A DNA stretch of 64,000 nt, taken from assembly GCF_009914755.1 (NCBI RefSeq), contig NC_060937.1. One strand, 5' to 3'. A model generated the notes under the pieces. The model saw nothing but the letters and a program-made list of their open reading frames with translations. It searched no databases and was not told where the DNA came from. This document shows positions 31,878 to 46,140 of this stretch, piece by piece. How positions within the stretch are numbered: the stretch's first letter is position 1; every line of letters begins with the position of its first letter. The position numbers and the translations under genes were made by a program. The stretch is from the human T2T-CHM13v2.0 reference genome, Homo sapiens.

Positions 31878-34508
31878 ACATTTCATAATGATAAAAGGGC
31901 TTACCTTTCAGAAAAATGTAATTATAAATGTATATGCCGCTAACAACCAGAGTCCAAAAACACATGAGCAAAAACTGACAGAATTGAAGGAAGGAACAGA
32001 AAATTCAACAATAATAGTTGAAAACTTCAATATCCCACTTTCAATAATGAATAAAACAACTAGACAGAAGACAACAATAGAGGACTTGAACATTATAATC
32101 AGCTAGACCCAATAGATATATATAGAACACTGCATCAAAAAATAAAATACACATTATTCTCAAGTACACCTAGAATATTCTGCAGAGAAAAAAAAACATA
32201 TATTCGGCCCTAAAACAAGTCTTAATAGGTTTAAAAGTATCGAAATTATATAAAATATCTTCACTGACCACAATAGAATGACATTAGAAATCAGTAACAG
32301 AAGGAAATTTAGGGAATTTACAAAGGCATGGAAATAAAACAACACATTCCGAAATAACTAATGGGTCAAAGAAAAATTATAAGAAAAATTACAAAATGCT
32401 TTGATATGGATGAAAACCAAAAAAAAAAAAAACACTATATTCAATAATTGAAAGCATGAGAAAAATTAGTGCTTTGAGGAAAAATTATAGCTGTAAACAT
32501 CTATATTTTAAAAAGAGATCTCAAATCAATAACCTAAGCTTCCATTATAGAAAAAGAAGAGCAAAGAATAAAGAAGGAAATAATAAAGATTAACATGGAA
32601 ATAAATGAAACAAAGAATAGAACAACAATAATGAACATCAATGAAACCAAAAGTTTAGTTTTGGAAAGAATGACAAACCTTAAGCTGGATCAACCAAGAA
32701 ATGAAGAGAGAAGACTCAAATAACTAAAATTAGAAATGAAAAAGAGAACATTACAACCAATTTTATATAAATAAAAATTATTATAACAGAATATTACAAA
32801 TGATTGTACTCCAACAAATTGGGCAACCTAGATAAAACAGATAAATTATTGGAAATACATAACCTGTCAAAACTGAATTATGAAGAAATAGAAATTCTGA
32901 ATAGACCTATAGCCAGGAAGGAAATTAAACTAGTAATTAAAAATCTTTGTGCAAAGAAAAGACCAAGACCACATAGGTTCACTGATGAAATCTACCAAAT
33001 ATTTAAAAAAGAATTAATACCAACCCTTTACAAACTCTTTCCCCAGAAAAATAGAAGAGGGGGGAACAATACTTAATTCATTCTATGAGGCCAGTATTAC
33101 TCTGATGCCAAGTCCAGACACAGATATCACAAGGAATGAGTATCACAAATCAATTTGCCTCGTGAACAAAGACTCAAAATTCTCAATAAAATATAAGTAA
33201 GCCAAACTCAGAAACACATAAAAAGGAGTTACATATCATGGCCATGACCTGAAGTTTATCCCAAGAATGCAGAGTTTATTTACATTCATAATAATGTAAT
33301 AGCAATAAAAGAAATCTACAAAAAAACACTGACAGCATCATATTTAATGAATCACGTCATGAAAACTGATAGCTTTTCTCCTAAAATCAGTAATGAACAA
33401 GATATCTGCTCTTGACACTTGTATTCAACATTGCACTGCAGTTTGTATGTAGGACAATTAGGCAAGGAAAATAAATAAGCGGCATCCAGACTGGAAATGA
33501 AGACGTAAAACTCTCTTTTTGCAGATGACCTGATTTTGTATGTAGAAAATCCTAAGAAAAGTACACATGTACATGCACACACAACCTACTAGATGTAATA
33601 AACTAACCCAGAATGGTTGCAGGACCAAAAAAAATTAATATGCAAAATTTAATTGTATCTGTATGTACTAGCAATAAACAATCAAAAATAAAATTAAGGA
33701 ATAAATTACATTTATAATAGTATCAAACAGCAAAATATGAGGCAATAAATGTAACAAAAGAAGTACAAAACTTGAACTCTTAAAAATATTAAATACTCTT
33801 GAAAGAAATTAAAGATCTAAATAAATATAAAGATATCCCATGTTCATGGATATAAAGACTTAATACTGTTAAGACGACAATACTCCCCCAGATTGATCTA
33901 CAGATTCAACAGAATCCCCATCAAAATCTGAGTTAGCATCTTTGCAGAAATCTACAAGCTAATTCTAAAATTAATATGGAAGTGCAAAAGACACAGAATA
34001 ACCAAAACAATCTTGAAAACAAATAGAGTTGGAGGTCTCACACTTTCTGATTTCAGAACTTACTACAAGTTCCAATAATCAAGACAATGTGATACTGGAA
34101 CAAGGATACAAATATAGATCAAGAGAATATGACAGAAATCCAGGAAAAAACCTCTACTTTTATGGTCAATTGATTTTCATTAGAGTGCCAAGACACTTTA
34201 ATGGGGAAAAAATAGACTTTTCAACAAATGCCACTGGGACAATTAGATTTCCACATACAAAAATTGAAGCTGGACCTCCCACCTCTCACCATACACAAAA
34301 TTAACTTAAAATGAATCAAATTCTTAATATAAGAGCCCAAACTATAAAAATCTTAGAATAAAACATAGGCATAAATCTTTGTGGCGTTGGGTTGGGTAAG
34401 GGTTTCATAGCATGAAACTAAAAGCATGAGAACAAAGAAAAATAGATAAACTATAGTTTATTCAAACTTAAAACTTTTGTGCTTCAAAAAACACTATCAA
34501 GGAAATCA

Positions 34509-34660
34509 GGCTGCACAGTGGAATATGCCTGTAATCTCAACACTTTGGAAGGCCAAGGCAGGAGGACTGCCTGAGGCCAGAAGCTCAAGACCAGCCTGGA
34601 CAACAAAGCAAGACCCCATTTCTAAAATAATTAATTAATTAATTAAAAAATAAAAATAAA
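34509..34660 (+). mobile_element. FLAM / Alu left monomer
   Basis: Single Alu arm followed by (TAAT)n/A tail. Confidence 0.88.
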
Positions 34661-36745
34661 AAGACAACCTACAGAATGGAAGAAAATGTTTTTAAATCAT
34701 GTATCTGATAAGGGACTAATATCAAGAATATGTAAAGAACGCTTACAATTCAACAATAAAAAGACATAAACAATGAGCAAAGAGTTTGAATAAACATTTC
34801 TCCAAAGGAGACCTACAGTACCCATACATTACTGGTGAGAATGTAAATTGGTGCAGCCACTTTTAAAACAATGTCAGGTCCTCAAAAATCAAACACAGAG
34901 TTACCAGATGACCCAGCATATCTACTCCTAGGTATATGCTGAAGAGAATTAAAACATATGTCTACAGAAAAAGTTGTACATGAATGTTCATTACATTTTT
35001 CATAATAGCCAGAAGACAAAAACAATCCAAATGTCCATCAGCGAATGAATGAACAAACAAAACGATTTATCCACGTAATAGAGTATCTCTCTACAAAACA
35101 TCATGGATTTCTGATACATACATGGATGAACCTTAAAAACATGCCAAGTAAAAGAAGCCAGGCACAACAAGCCACTTATTATATGATTACATTTATATAA
35201 AATGTCCAGAATAGACAAATCCATAGAGACATAAAGTTGGCTACTATTGCCAGGAGTGGGAGGAGTGGGGAGAATAGAGGGTGACTGCTATGGATACAGT
35301 TTCTTCTACGAGTGATTAAAATGTTCTGAAGTTAGACAATAGCAGTCATTGCACAACTCTGTAAATATACTAAAAACCACTGAATTGTACACTTCAGTAA
35401 GATGACTTTTATCATATATTGAACTATCCCTTAATTTTGGAAGTTATTGCCCTTTTTCTCATTATATAAATTCTCAGAATGCTGTTATAAAATGAGGGTC
35501 TTTTTTCATCCATATTTGTCAGCAGAACAATTTTTACCCACCACTCATGTTTCTTCAGTGCGGAGAATTTATTTAGTGTAACTCTTGGATTTTCTTGGCA
35601 ACTTATGCATTCTGCCCTAAAGGAGGTAAAATGACAATCCTAGTTCAAATTCCTTTTTTTTTTTTTATTGACAGCTACATACCTATAATAACATACTTAC
35701 ACTATTTCCCAGTAACTCTCTCTCCCTTCTCTGCCCTCAGATGCTATGTTTCTATAATGTAATGGCTTATAACCTTGCTTCAGTGTATTCCACCTGCTTG
35801 AAAGTATAGTACTCAGCTCTAATGCCTGCAATATTCAGTCAAGAAGATTATTTATTGTGTCTTCCCATAATCTTCCATCCCCCTCATAAATGGTAGTTCA
35901 GAGTCAAGAGACCTTCTAGGGTTTTTTGTTTTGTTTTTTTGTCAATACTAGAGTCTAAGTTTTCAGTTTTCTGTTGTTTTGGGTGAATTTGGAAAGCAGA
36001 ACCATCATCTTAACTGCCCTTAAATGGAAGTTTCCCAATAACAATTTAATTACTCTTCCTGACTTTGCTTCAGTTTCTCCAATGCATCCTCCATAATGCT
36101 GCTGAAGTGAACTACTAACACATCTGACCATTCCTCTCCCCTGCTCAAAATCTCTTAAGGGACTACAAGGTATGATTTAAATTACTTTGCATAGCATATG
36201 AAGCTCTTCGATATGTGGTCTCCATCTATTGAATTCCTCTTATCTTTTAGCCCTAATCCCTTCCTGCATATACTCCAGGTGACTAATTCACAGAAAGCTG
36301 GAGAATTGCAAATATTTTCTCAACTACCATGCTTTTGCTCGTGGATTTCTCTGTAAAATATTCTTATCTCCTTGTGCCCATCTGGAAAAAAATGTTACCT
36401 GCAGGTCCATTTCAGAGAAGATGTCCTGTCTCATGTGAAGGGAGTTAATGACTCCCTCTTCTCTGCTGTCTCTACCTAATACCTGAAGTCTTCACACTCA
36501 GTGGTAATTATTTGTTTAGGTGAAATTCTCATCCCTTTAAAATTGTTTATCATTTGTTTGTTAGATAGTCTTTAAGCCCACTCATTCTTTAAAATACTTA
36601 CTGAGCAACAACTCTGCTCCAAAAATGAAATACAAAGAAAAATAAAAACACTTTAAGCCTCTAAGGAATACAAAGCCAGTATTGTTATCTACCCTCCTGT
36701 GGTTTTACGCCATGTGTCTGTACATATATGCTAACTACTTGGAGA

Positions 36746-37160
36746 TGTGAAAGATGTCAGAATCAAAATGGAGTCACTCGTGTTTAAAAAAAAACAAAAA
36801 AAACTGGAGTCCGAGAAGGCCACAGTGGGAACATTCTCATGCATAAATGACTAATAACAAGACTTGTTATTAGTCTTGCACAAAGGCCATCACAACCTTA
36901 CGAAAAAATACTTCTGAGAGGACAATTGCCTGTCCAAATTTGGACTGTTGTTGTTGATCCTGGTTACTAAGGAGAATTATCTCAAAACAATTATGTAATC
37001 TTTCTCATTTTTCCTTCAAAAACCCTTGTCTTCCTTTACCTTCCTGAATGTACACATATGAAATAGTTCACTACGGCACATTTATACCCATTGCAATGCT
37101 CTATTCCCAAATAAATATTATTTTCTTTTAGAAAGTCTCTCTCAGTTATTTAGGTTGATG
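36746..37160 (+). mobile_element. ERV1 solo LTR, MER65-like
   Basis: tgtgaaagatgtcagaatcaaaatggagtcac...aataaa...ttatttaggttga; 4-bp TSD-like gaga/gagg. Confidence 0.8.
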
Positions 37161-40100
37161 GAGGCAAGAACAATGTCATATATATTGTTCTAGAATTTTC
37201 AGTGCTTAACAAAATTTTGTATTTTGTAGACACTTGATATTTCCAGAGCCTACAAACTGTTCTTCAGTCTTCAGTTTTTTTCTGATACCTGCCACAAAAT
37301 GTTCTTCACAGGAAACTCAAAATTATATTTCTAAAATACAAGGCTATACAAAGCATTCTCTGCTGTAAGACATTTAATGACTGTTCTTTCCCTTTAGGGC
37401 AAAGTCTGTCTTCCCCATCAGACTATAATCTCAGCAACAAAAGGGCCTTCATATTCTTCTTGTAAACCTTGTGGTCAGCAAAGAGCCTGAAACACAAATA
37501 TTTGACAAAAGATGTATTGGTTTGATTTCTTTGAGTATTGGTTGAAATTAGTGGGTAATTCCTGGGATTTAAATACATATTTGATTCAAATATATTTTAA
37601 TTTCTCTGGGATGAGAGCAATTAGACATGATTATATTTTATGTTGCTCATTCATTTATGTGTCTCAAATATCGTGGCACATTATTCTCACTTTTTTTGAT
37701 GAAAAGGAGCCATGTCTTAGTTACAGTATATAGAATCCAACACAGTAACATGTTCAAATACATAGCAACGGCTTATGACTGTGTTACATTTAGTTTTAAA
37801 AAAAATAGACAATAACAAACATGTAGAATTTCCAATGCTATATTTTTTGTTTAAGTACCTTCTCAGTTTTACAGTTCCTAGGACTCTGATAAGTAATTTC
37901 ATGAATAACTGAGGACATACATTTTTCTCTAAAGATCTTAGAAGTAACTGTCATTCTTCTTTATCAAAGGAGGGTACTGAGACAGAGAGAATGAGTGATA
38001 TAACCAAGGTCACAAATATAATCATGAGGTGCAGATGACGGTGGCATAAACAGAATCAGATAACAATTCACAGAACACAGTGAGGAAGGCCAGGAATACT
38101 AAGCAGGGAATATTGATGGAGGTGTTAGACAGATAATTCTACAAACTAACATGTCTCATCCTAAACAATAAAATCCCTGACCACAGAAGGGAGAGACCAA
38201 ACCAGGAATAAGAGAAGCAAAATCTGAAACCTCATGTAAAGTAACTCTCCTCCCGCTGAGGTTACAAAATAAGAAGAGTCCATCCTATAAACAAAAATCA
38301 AAGATCATGCTCCCAACAGAGTTTTTCCCAACAGACAACGCTCATCAGAAATTGGTATTTCTATTTTCTCAAGGCAATCAATGTCTCTCACATAGGTCTA
38401 AAATAGTCCATTTAGCTCTATCTTTTACCCAGACTCTTCCTCATTTTTGTTTCTGAATACTGACCTATTTTTTTCTGCTGAACCTATGACCTGATTTTCA
38501 ATCTCATCATTCACTAAACAGAAAATTACAAATGTAAAATGGTTTTTAAAAGGGCATGATCTCACACTTTTGGCTATTTGCATTCCTTTCTTTCCCTATA
38601 CTATTACAGTCGTGCTCATATGGGGCACTTCTTCTCCTGCAATGGATTTAGGTTTCCAAGTCTCCCTACCCTCTGCTCCTCAAGGACTTAATCAGCTGCA
38701 TTGCCTGGTGGTTGAAGTCACAGCCTTGACAGCCCTGGCCTTGAGGGGAGTTGCTCCTTTCCAGGCAAATGTATTGTTAAGGGGCTTATGTTGAATTTAT
38801 GAGAAAGACAAAGCAGTGCTAAAGATCACTGAGTTTTTAAAAGAAGTTCTCTCTGGACTGGATACTAATAAAATTATCCTTTAAATTACTTCTTATAGAA
38901 CCACAGAGAGTGAATACAAAGAAGCAAGCTCTACAGACAGAGTCCAGGCAAACACAAAGGCAGTGGATGTTTCTGCTTCAGCTCTACAAATTCTTCCTTC
39001 TAAAGGATGATGAGTAGGCAGAAATTGATGGATTCTCTCTTTCTTCCTAGCCTTTACGTGTTAGCAATGTCAATGGTCAGTACACAGTGCACAAGCCACT
39101 GTAAATATGTGTATCTGTGAATAGTCCTTGGGAGCTGAGTAGTCAGGAAGAGAAAAGACCACATATTTCATATTGTGACCAACAGAGCGATTCTAGTAAC
39201 AAGACTTATGCTACTGTGAGCTATCCCATTATGTGTAAATTCTCTGACTTCAGAATCTTATTCTTAAGGGCTCTTACTTTTATCCTCTCTTATCTCAGCA
39301 AAGCAATCCCTGCCGATCTACTTTTGAAAGTATTTCTCCATTCAATAACTGGCTCTTTCTGTTTCATTAGATCAACCAGCACAGCACTTGATTTGAATTT
39401 AATTGTTCAGTCACATGTGCATTCTAACAAGCTCTAAAATTCCCCTATGTACCTCCAAGGTGAACCCAGTAACCTTTTAAAACAGTCAGGCCGGCCAATC
39501 TTCAGAGCCTCTTGTTCTGGCTTCAGAGCAGGAAGTGTTCAGGCTTTTGAAAGGGACTTTGAGTGAGGAGGGGGGCAGATCAGGAAGAGGCCAGCCCTCT
39601 AACAGAACAGACCATGGCTAACACATTTTACTTTTTCTTTTCCTTTCACTCCTTTGAAAGTTCGGATACATTTTGCTCTGAGGAAGCTCATCACAATATC
39701 TCTCCTTCTCTACCTACCTGAAATCCCCTGCACATTGTCATGCAGCTTGATAGTCTCTAAACTAGATTTACGTGGGTAACATTTGCTTTTAAGATGCCAA
39801 CACTTTCAGGAGGCTCACTTGACCACTTTATTTCTAAATTCAAACTGAGATCAACCTTCATAGACAAAACATGAATTTTGATGTGGGAAGAAGAAGGTGA
39901 ATTTTCCAACAAGTAATACCTCATCATAGCGTATGATGAGATAAGAGTTTCAGACAGCAAGAGGTCAGCAACAGGGCACTGCAAGCAGCAGCTGGAGAAG
40001 TACGAGACAGACTGATTACATTATGTATGGGTATTCACTCATTTAATCCCAAATCAACACTTCAAGGAGATACTTTATTATGTATCTTTTTTTCACAAAT

Positions 40101-40536
40101 AAAAAGAAAATGGGGCTTAGAGAGGTTGTCACTTTTCCATAATCTCCTAGTGATAAATGTTCCATCAGGGATTAGGATTGAAGAGTGTCTAGATCCAGAA
40201 ACTGTGCCTTTACCTGTAAGTCTACACTTGGAACTGGCCAGTGGGAAGGGCAGGCATGGCTCTGAAGCCAGAGCAGGAGCACGGGCCATGGAGACTGGGC
40301 TCTCTCTCTAATTTTCCCCTATTGCCATGAATAGCTAAACCATAATCTCAACTCTATTCTCTTTCTTTGCTTCCTAGAACTCCAGAGAACAGTGAACTTG
40401 CAAAAATGCCAATTTTTATTTTTATAATCTTACTCTGATGGAGTATATTTAGCATAAGGGAAGTAACACAACTTCAAAGATTGTGGGTTCCACCTTCTTT
40501 TGGTCTCTCACTTATCTTCTAAAGGTTAAGAGCATA

Positions 40537-40870
<334 letters not shown>

Positions 40871-41134
40871 TCAAATTTCTATTCCACCATATACCAGCTG
40901 TGTGACGTTGGGCAAACTCTTCAGCCTTTCCAGGCCTCAATTTCCTCATCTGAAAGACGAGGATGACAAAAATGTCTGCTCCTTAGGATGAAGGTGATGA
41001 TTGATTCAATGATATAACACACGTGAGGCACATAGAGTGAGCACTTGATAAAGGTCAGGTATAGATTGCCTTACTCAAAAACTATTTTCTGCTCTTAGGG
41101 TATTTTTAGGTTCTAAAAATTTGGAATTTAGATC

Positions 41135-41800
41135 ACAGGCTCATGCCTGTGATCCTGGCACTTTGGGAGACCAAGGCAGGAGAAACACTTAAGCCCAAGA
41201 GTTCAAGACAAGCCTGGGCAATATAGAGAGACCTTGTCTCTATAAAAAGCAAAAAAATAAAAATTAGCTGGGCATAGTAGTTCATGCCTGTGGTCCCAGC
41301 TACTCACAAGGCTGAGGCAGAAGGATTGCTTGAGGCTAGGAGTTTGAGGTTGATATGGTTTGGCTGTGTCACCACCCACATCTCTTCTTGAATTGTAGTC
41401 CCCATAATCCCCATGGGTCATGGGAGGGACCCAGTCAGAAGTGATTGGATCATGGGGGTATTTTCCCCCCATGCTGTTTTCATGATAGTGAGTGAGTTCT
41501 CATGAGATCTGATGGTTTTGTTAAGTGTCTAGCATCTTCCCTGCTGGCTCTCATTCTCTCTCTTACTGCCCTGTGAAGAGGTACCTTCTGCAATGATTGT
41601 AAGTTTCCTGAGGCCTCCCCAGCTAGGCAGAACTGGGAGTCAATTAAACCTCTTTTCTTTATAAATTACCCAGTCTCTGGTATTTCTTCATAGAAGCATG
41701 AGAATGGATTAATACAGGATCTATGATCATGTCACTACACTCCAGCCTGAGTGGCAGAGGGATATCCTTTCTCTAGTATAAATACATAAATAAAAATAAA
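41135..41800 (+). mobile_element. AluJ split by a THE1 LTR
   Basis: Alu to 41350 (ggagtttgaggt), resuming at ~41721 (ctatgatcatgtcactacactccagcctg). Confidence 0.9.
41351..41716 (+). mobile_element. THE1 (THE1C/D-like) solo LTR
   Basis: tgatatggtttggctgtgtc...ggattaataca termini. Confidence 0.94.
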
Positions 41801-42401
41801 AATTTAGAATTATGTGCCTTCATATACAAATATTGAACTTTTTTTCAATTTCACAAAACTGGTGTATTTAATATAATAATAAATAATAATAAATAAGCCA
41901 GAAGTCTACAGACAAAAGGAAGTTATGTCTTTTAGCAAAGATTTTTTTAATCAACAGAATGAGAATTAAATAATATAAGCTGAAATACTTTAGTGTAGGT
42001 ACTTTTTCAAATATTGAAATACTCTTAGGATTACCGGGGCTTTTAGTCTAAGAGACTAACTGTTTCAGTTTGGCTTAGATTGTCCAAGTTCAGTATATTT
42101 AGACTTTGAAAAGTGCTATATAAATTAATCTTGATTGATCTACAAAAGTATTTCTGCAACTTGTGTCTTCTTAAAATCAATTCCATTCTTTAACATCATT
42201 TCATTATGCTTTAGTATGTAGTTTAATGCTTTGCTTCCAAATGTAAAATATAAGCTATGAAATAACATGCTTAAAGCAGCATTTTTGATCTGGCAGTCTT
42301 CAATTTTACAGACAAGAATGTGTTCAACAAGCCAGAGATGTACAATTCCCTAAGCAGGTGAAAAAATGTGATCATGCAGGCTGAAATGACAGTTTTCATA
42401 C

Positions 42402-42464
42402 CATTTTCAAGGCATGTTGTGTGCATCTGTTCTATATCTGGAAATATGTTTTTACATTTTTTTC
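42402..42464 (-). pseudogene. Candidate 63-nt exon, phase 1 to 1
   Basis: Acceptor aagttttcttcag|, donor atg|gtatga; only open frame (G)KKCKNIFPDIEQMHTTCLEN. Confidence 0.55.
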
Positions 42465-43083
42465 CTGAAGAAAACTTAAAAAGTGTTTCTATAGTTTGGT
42501 TTCTTAGTTATCATAAAATATATAAATGAGAATATGGAAATGAAAGGTCATAGAGATATTTATCTGAGTGGAGGGCACTAGGATTCCAAGGCTGGTTATG
42601 ATCTAGACTAAACTTTATCATTCTTACAAGTGTCTCTTCAAAAACATGGGCCAGGAGTAGGACTCTACATTTGTGTTTAAAGTGAATATGATTATCTATT
42701 TGCAGCTGCCAGATAAATGTTTGCAAGACTCTGAAGTCTCCTTTTAAATACAGGCAGCCAAAAATTAAAAGACCATTTAGGGGCACTGTAATTTTTGCCC
42801 AGAATTTAACTGGATTCCAGTTAAAACTCCAAGCTGATTAAAGATATGATACCCATTATAGTCTCTGACTTTTAAACTCTTTAGCAACACAATTACATAT
42901 ATAAGAAAACAGTTATAGTTGTTTGATTATAATCCAAGCCTTTTAAAAGACAGTTCACAGTTGGATTGACTATCAGTGTGTTTGCTTATTAGAACAGAAA
43001 TTCATTTGTGATCCTTTGGAATTATAAATAATACGGGCATCTGAGTAAAAATGCATCTGCTAAACTCTGCTAGCAAAGAGCTC

Positions 43084-43254
43084 AGCTGGATTGTACCTGT
43101 AGTCCCAGCTACTCAGGATGTGGGATGCCAAGGTGGGAGGATCGTTTGTCCCCAGGAGTTCAAGGCTGCAGTAAGCTATGATAGCGCCACTGCTCTGCAG
43201 CCTGGGTGACAGAGACAGACCCACCCCCTCCTGGAAAAAAGAAAAGAAAAGAAA
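43084..43254 (+). mobile_element. FRAM / AluJ right monomer
   Basis: cctgtagtcccagctactcagg...ggagttcaaggctgcagtaagctatga. Confidence 0.88.
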
Positions 43255-43384
43255 GACTTCAGGAGGGTGAAATTCAACTAGAAAACAGCCCATATTTTTA
43301 ATGATGTTCATTCAAAAGTATTCATTTTTCTTCCTCAACTTGTTCTTCTTCCTCCCTTCCCCTTCATTTCCTTCCTTTTCCTTC

Positions 43385-45420
43385 CTAGCAATTCAGTCCA
43401 AAATGCACTCGATGGGGCAAGGCAAGGTAGGCATCCATGCAGGCAAAGGGGTGGCATGCATGGAGTAACAAAGCCCAGGCAGGGTGATGAGGGTGTTTAC
43501 TGAGGGGCAGGAAGGAGAAGTCAGAAGCCAAATAGGGCAGTGAGGGCATCCATGCTGGAGGGTGGGCTGGTATAGGGTGTCGGAGCACAAGTTGGGAAAA
43601 TAGAGGGTGACCATGCAGAGGGATGCCCAGGGTGGACAATCAGACACTGAGCAGTGTGAGGAGGGCATCCACTGGGGGGCTGCCCAGCTTAGGGTAGCAG
43701 AGCCTAGGCCATATGAGGAAGACAGCACATGGAGTGGGGGGTGGCCAGGCATGGGGAGCCAGCACCCAAGCAGGGTGGAGAACAACCTGGTAGAAGGAGG
43801 CAGAGCCCAGGTGGAATAAGAAAGGCATGTGAGCAGGGGAGAGAGGTGGTGTAGCCATTGAAAATGTGTTACATACAGGGGAAGTGATCACATAAATACA
43901 TTAAAGATAATGAAAACCAAGTTTGTTTGTTTGTTTGTTTTCAGCATAAGAATTACAAAAACAAAATGTGAGAAAACTAGAACAAACCTGTAGAGCTGAA
44001 TTAATGTTGGTAGGATCAGTGTGAGTTTATGATTTTCCATAGCTAGTTAGTTAGCTAGCTTGAGAGATAGATGAGGCATAGCAAAAAATGTAAATGCAAG
44101 TGTGTAGGTATGTGTGTGTTTGCCTATGTGTGTGTGTGTCCACTGTGAGGGCCTAGAGCACTGATACCCCAATAGCAATGAGCACCCCAAGTGCCCAGAT
44201 CTTAGCTTCTAAGTGCTAGTCTCCACTAAAAGGAACCAGAAATCCATGGAGAAATGGCTGATAGCTAGTTTGGGCAGGGAAAGTAAAATGAGTCTGGAAC
44301 ATTTTGTCCAGAAAACAAGGAAGTGCTCAAAGAAAGGTGGTGTATTAGTCTGTTCTCATGCTACTAATAAAGATGTACCCGAGAGTGGGTAATTTATAAA
44401 GAAAAAAGGTTTAATGGACTCACAGTCTCACATGGCTGAGGAGGCCTCACAATCATTGCTGAAGGCAAACAAGGAACAAAGATGCATCTTACTTGGCAAC
44501 AGGCAAGAGAGCTTCTGCAGGGGACCTCCCGTTTATAAAACCATCAGATCTCGTGAGACTTATTCATTACTACAAGAACAATATGGGGAAAACCACCCCA
44601 ATGACTCAATTATCTCCACCTGGTCCCACACTTGACACGTGGGGATTATTACAATTCAAGGTGACATCTGGGTGGGGAGACAGCCAAACCATATTATATG
44701 GGGACAGAATAACACCGGAGCCACCGAAAAGTCTGGGATTATTTTAGCATTGAACAAATGATTGTGATGGATTATAAACCATTCAATAAAATAGGAACCC
44801 ACGAATATGTAGAGATATACATAAATGAAAAAAGTTTAACCACAAATGGGATATTTACATAGCTTCAAAGTGCTTCTTCATGAAACACTTATTACTTACA
44901 AAGGTGAAAAGTAAGTTCTGAAAGGAGAGGCCTGGCAGACACCACCTCAATCAAGTGATCAGAGAGAACAAATTTTGTACCACCTGATAACTGTGTGGAT
45001 CACAGGATCACCTCAGTGATGCTGCTGTCAAAGGTACATAATTGGAATCAGACTATAATGAAATGTCTAAGAATCCCAAAAGTGAATGGAAATGTGCAAA
45101 ATAACTGGTCTACAACCTTAAAAAATGTCAAGATCCCAAAATGAAAAGAAAAGAAAGAGAAAGAAACTGTTTCCAACAAAAACAAACTAAAGAGACACAA
45201 CTAAAGAAACTAAAAAGAAACTCAATGTGTGATTCTTAACTGGATTCTTCTTCTGTAAAGGACATTACTGACACAACTGGCAAAACTCGAATAGGGTCTG
45301 AGTATTACATAGATATTGCTCAGTTAGTCAACGTACCTGTCTTAGCTTCTTGATTTTTATAATTATATTGTGGTTGTATATAACAGCATTTTTGTTTATA
45401 GGAAATACATAATAAAGCAT
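43385..45420 (+). mobile_element. L1MC (L1MC3/4-like) 3' region including a degenerate G-rich tandem array; interrupted by THE1
   Basis: ccccaatagcaatgagcacc...cactaaaaggaaccag; gacattactgacacaactggcaaa. Confidence 0.7.
44341..44696 (-). mobile_element. THE1 solo LTR
   Basis: tgtattagtctgttctcatgc...cagccaaaccatatta. Confidence 0.94.
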
Positions 45421-45899
45421 TGGGAGTGCAGTGATCTATGCTAATAGCAAGGGGGATATAGTTTCCCTCACCACTCTAACTCCCTCTATTACTGAATTCT
45501 AAATTCTACTTTACACCACATTCCTCTTGCATATTGAATTTTTTCAATGTCCAGAAAAGTCATATTACGGATTCGTCCTGGAAAAATAATTCTTTCTAGA
45601 TGACATATTTTTCAGCATTTGTTGGTCATCATGTTAATAGTTTTCTTCCTTCATGGTCTCTTTCCTGAAGAAACTTTGCTCCTTGTGGGGAAAAAGTAAA
45701 ACTAATATAAAATATAAGTTAATTTTTTAACATTTAGATGAGAGCTCTCTTTTGGTTTGTTCCCTATACCCATGATCAGCTTTCTTCAAAATTATTTTCA
45801 TTATTGACCACACAAAACAGCTCTATTAGTGGTGTTCTCTGAAGCCACGAGTTAACTTGCAGCACTGCTTCTATGCATTCAGCTAAATATGACTGAGGA

Positions 45900-46140
45900 G
45901 GCTTTAGTTGAAAAAACCTGTGCTTTTGAGTTAGGCATGCCTAGATTTGAATTCTGGCTCTGCCGTGTATCACTGGGTAAAATGCCTAATAACCCTCAAT
46001 CTCCATTTCCTCCTTTAGAAAAATGAACCAAATGACTGACAGCTCAAAGTGTTGTGATTATAGTTAAATGAAATAATGTGCCTGTAGAAAAAAAAAACAG
46101 GTAGATAGAAAGTTTTCACTTAAAATAATTGCCATTACTA
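45900..46140 (+). mobile_element. MIR
   Basis: cctagatttgaattctggctctgcc core. Confidence 0.65.

Larger units (their letters stand above)
29293..35430 (+). mobile_element. Long decayed L1MB7/8-like LINE-1 (5' region, ORF1, ORF2, 3' UTR); its 5' part probably begins ~27040, before the L1PA insertion
   Basis: ORF1 peptide AERIFEKIIVKNFLNLMK...RSTPKNIIIKL; ORF2 motifs; L1MB-type 3' end (aaatgtccagaatagacaaatccatagagac). Confidence 0.85.

Noticed and set aside
43385-43891. Overlapping Pro/His-rich ORFs or a CRISPR-like array
   Set aside because: GC-rich degenerate repeat in an L1 3' region; units are not identical repeats with unique spacers, and the context is eukaryotic
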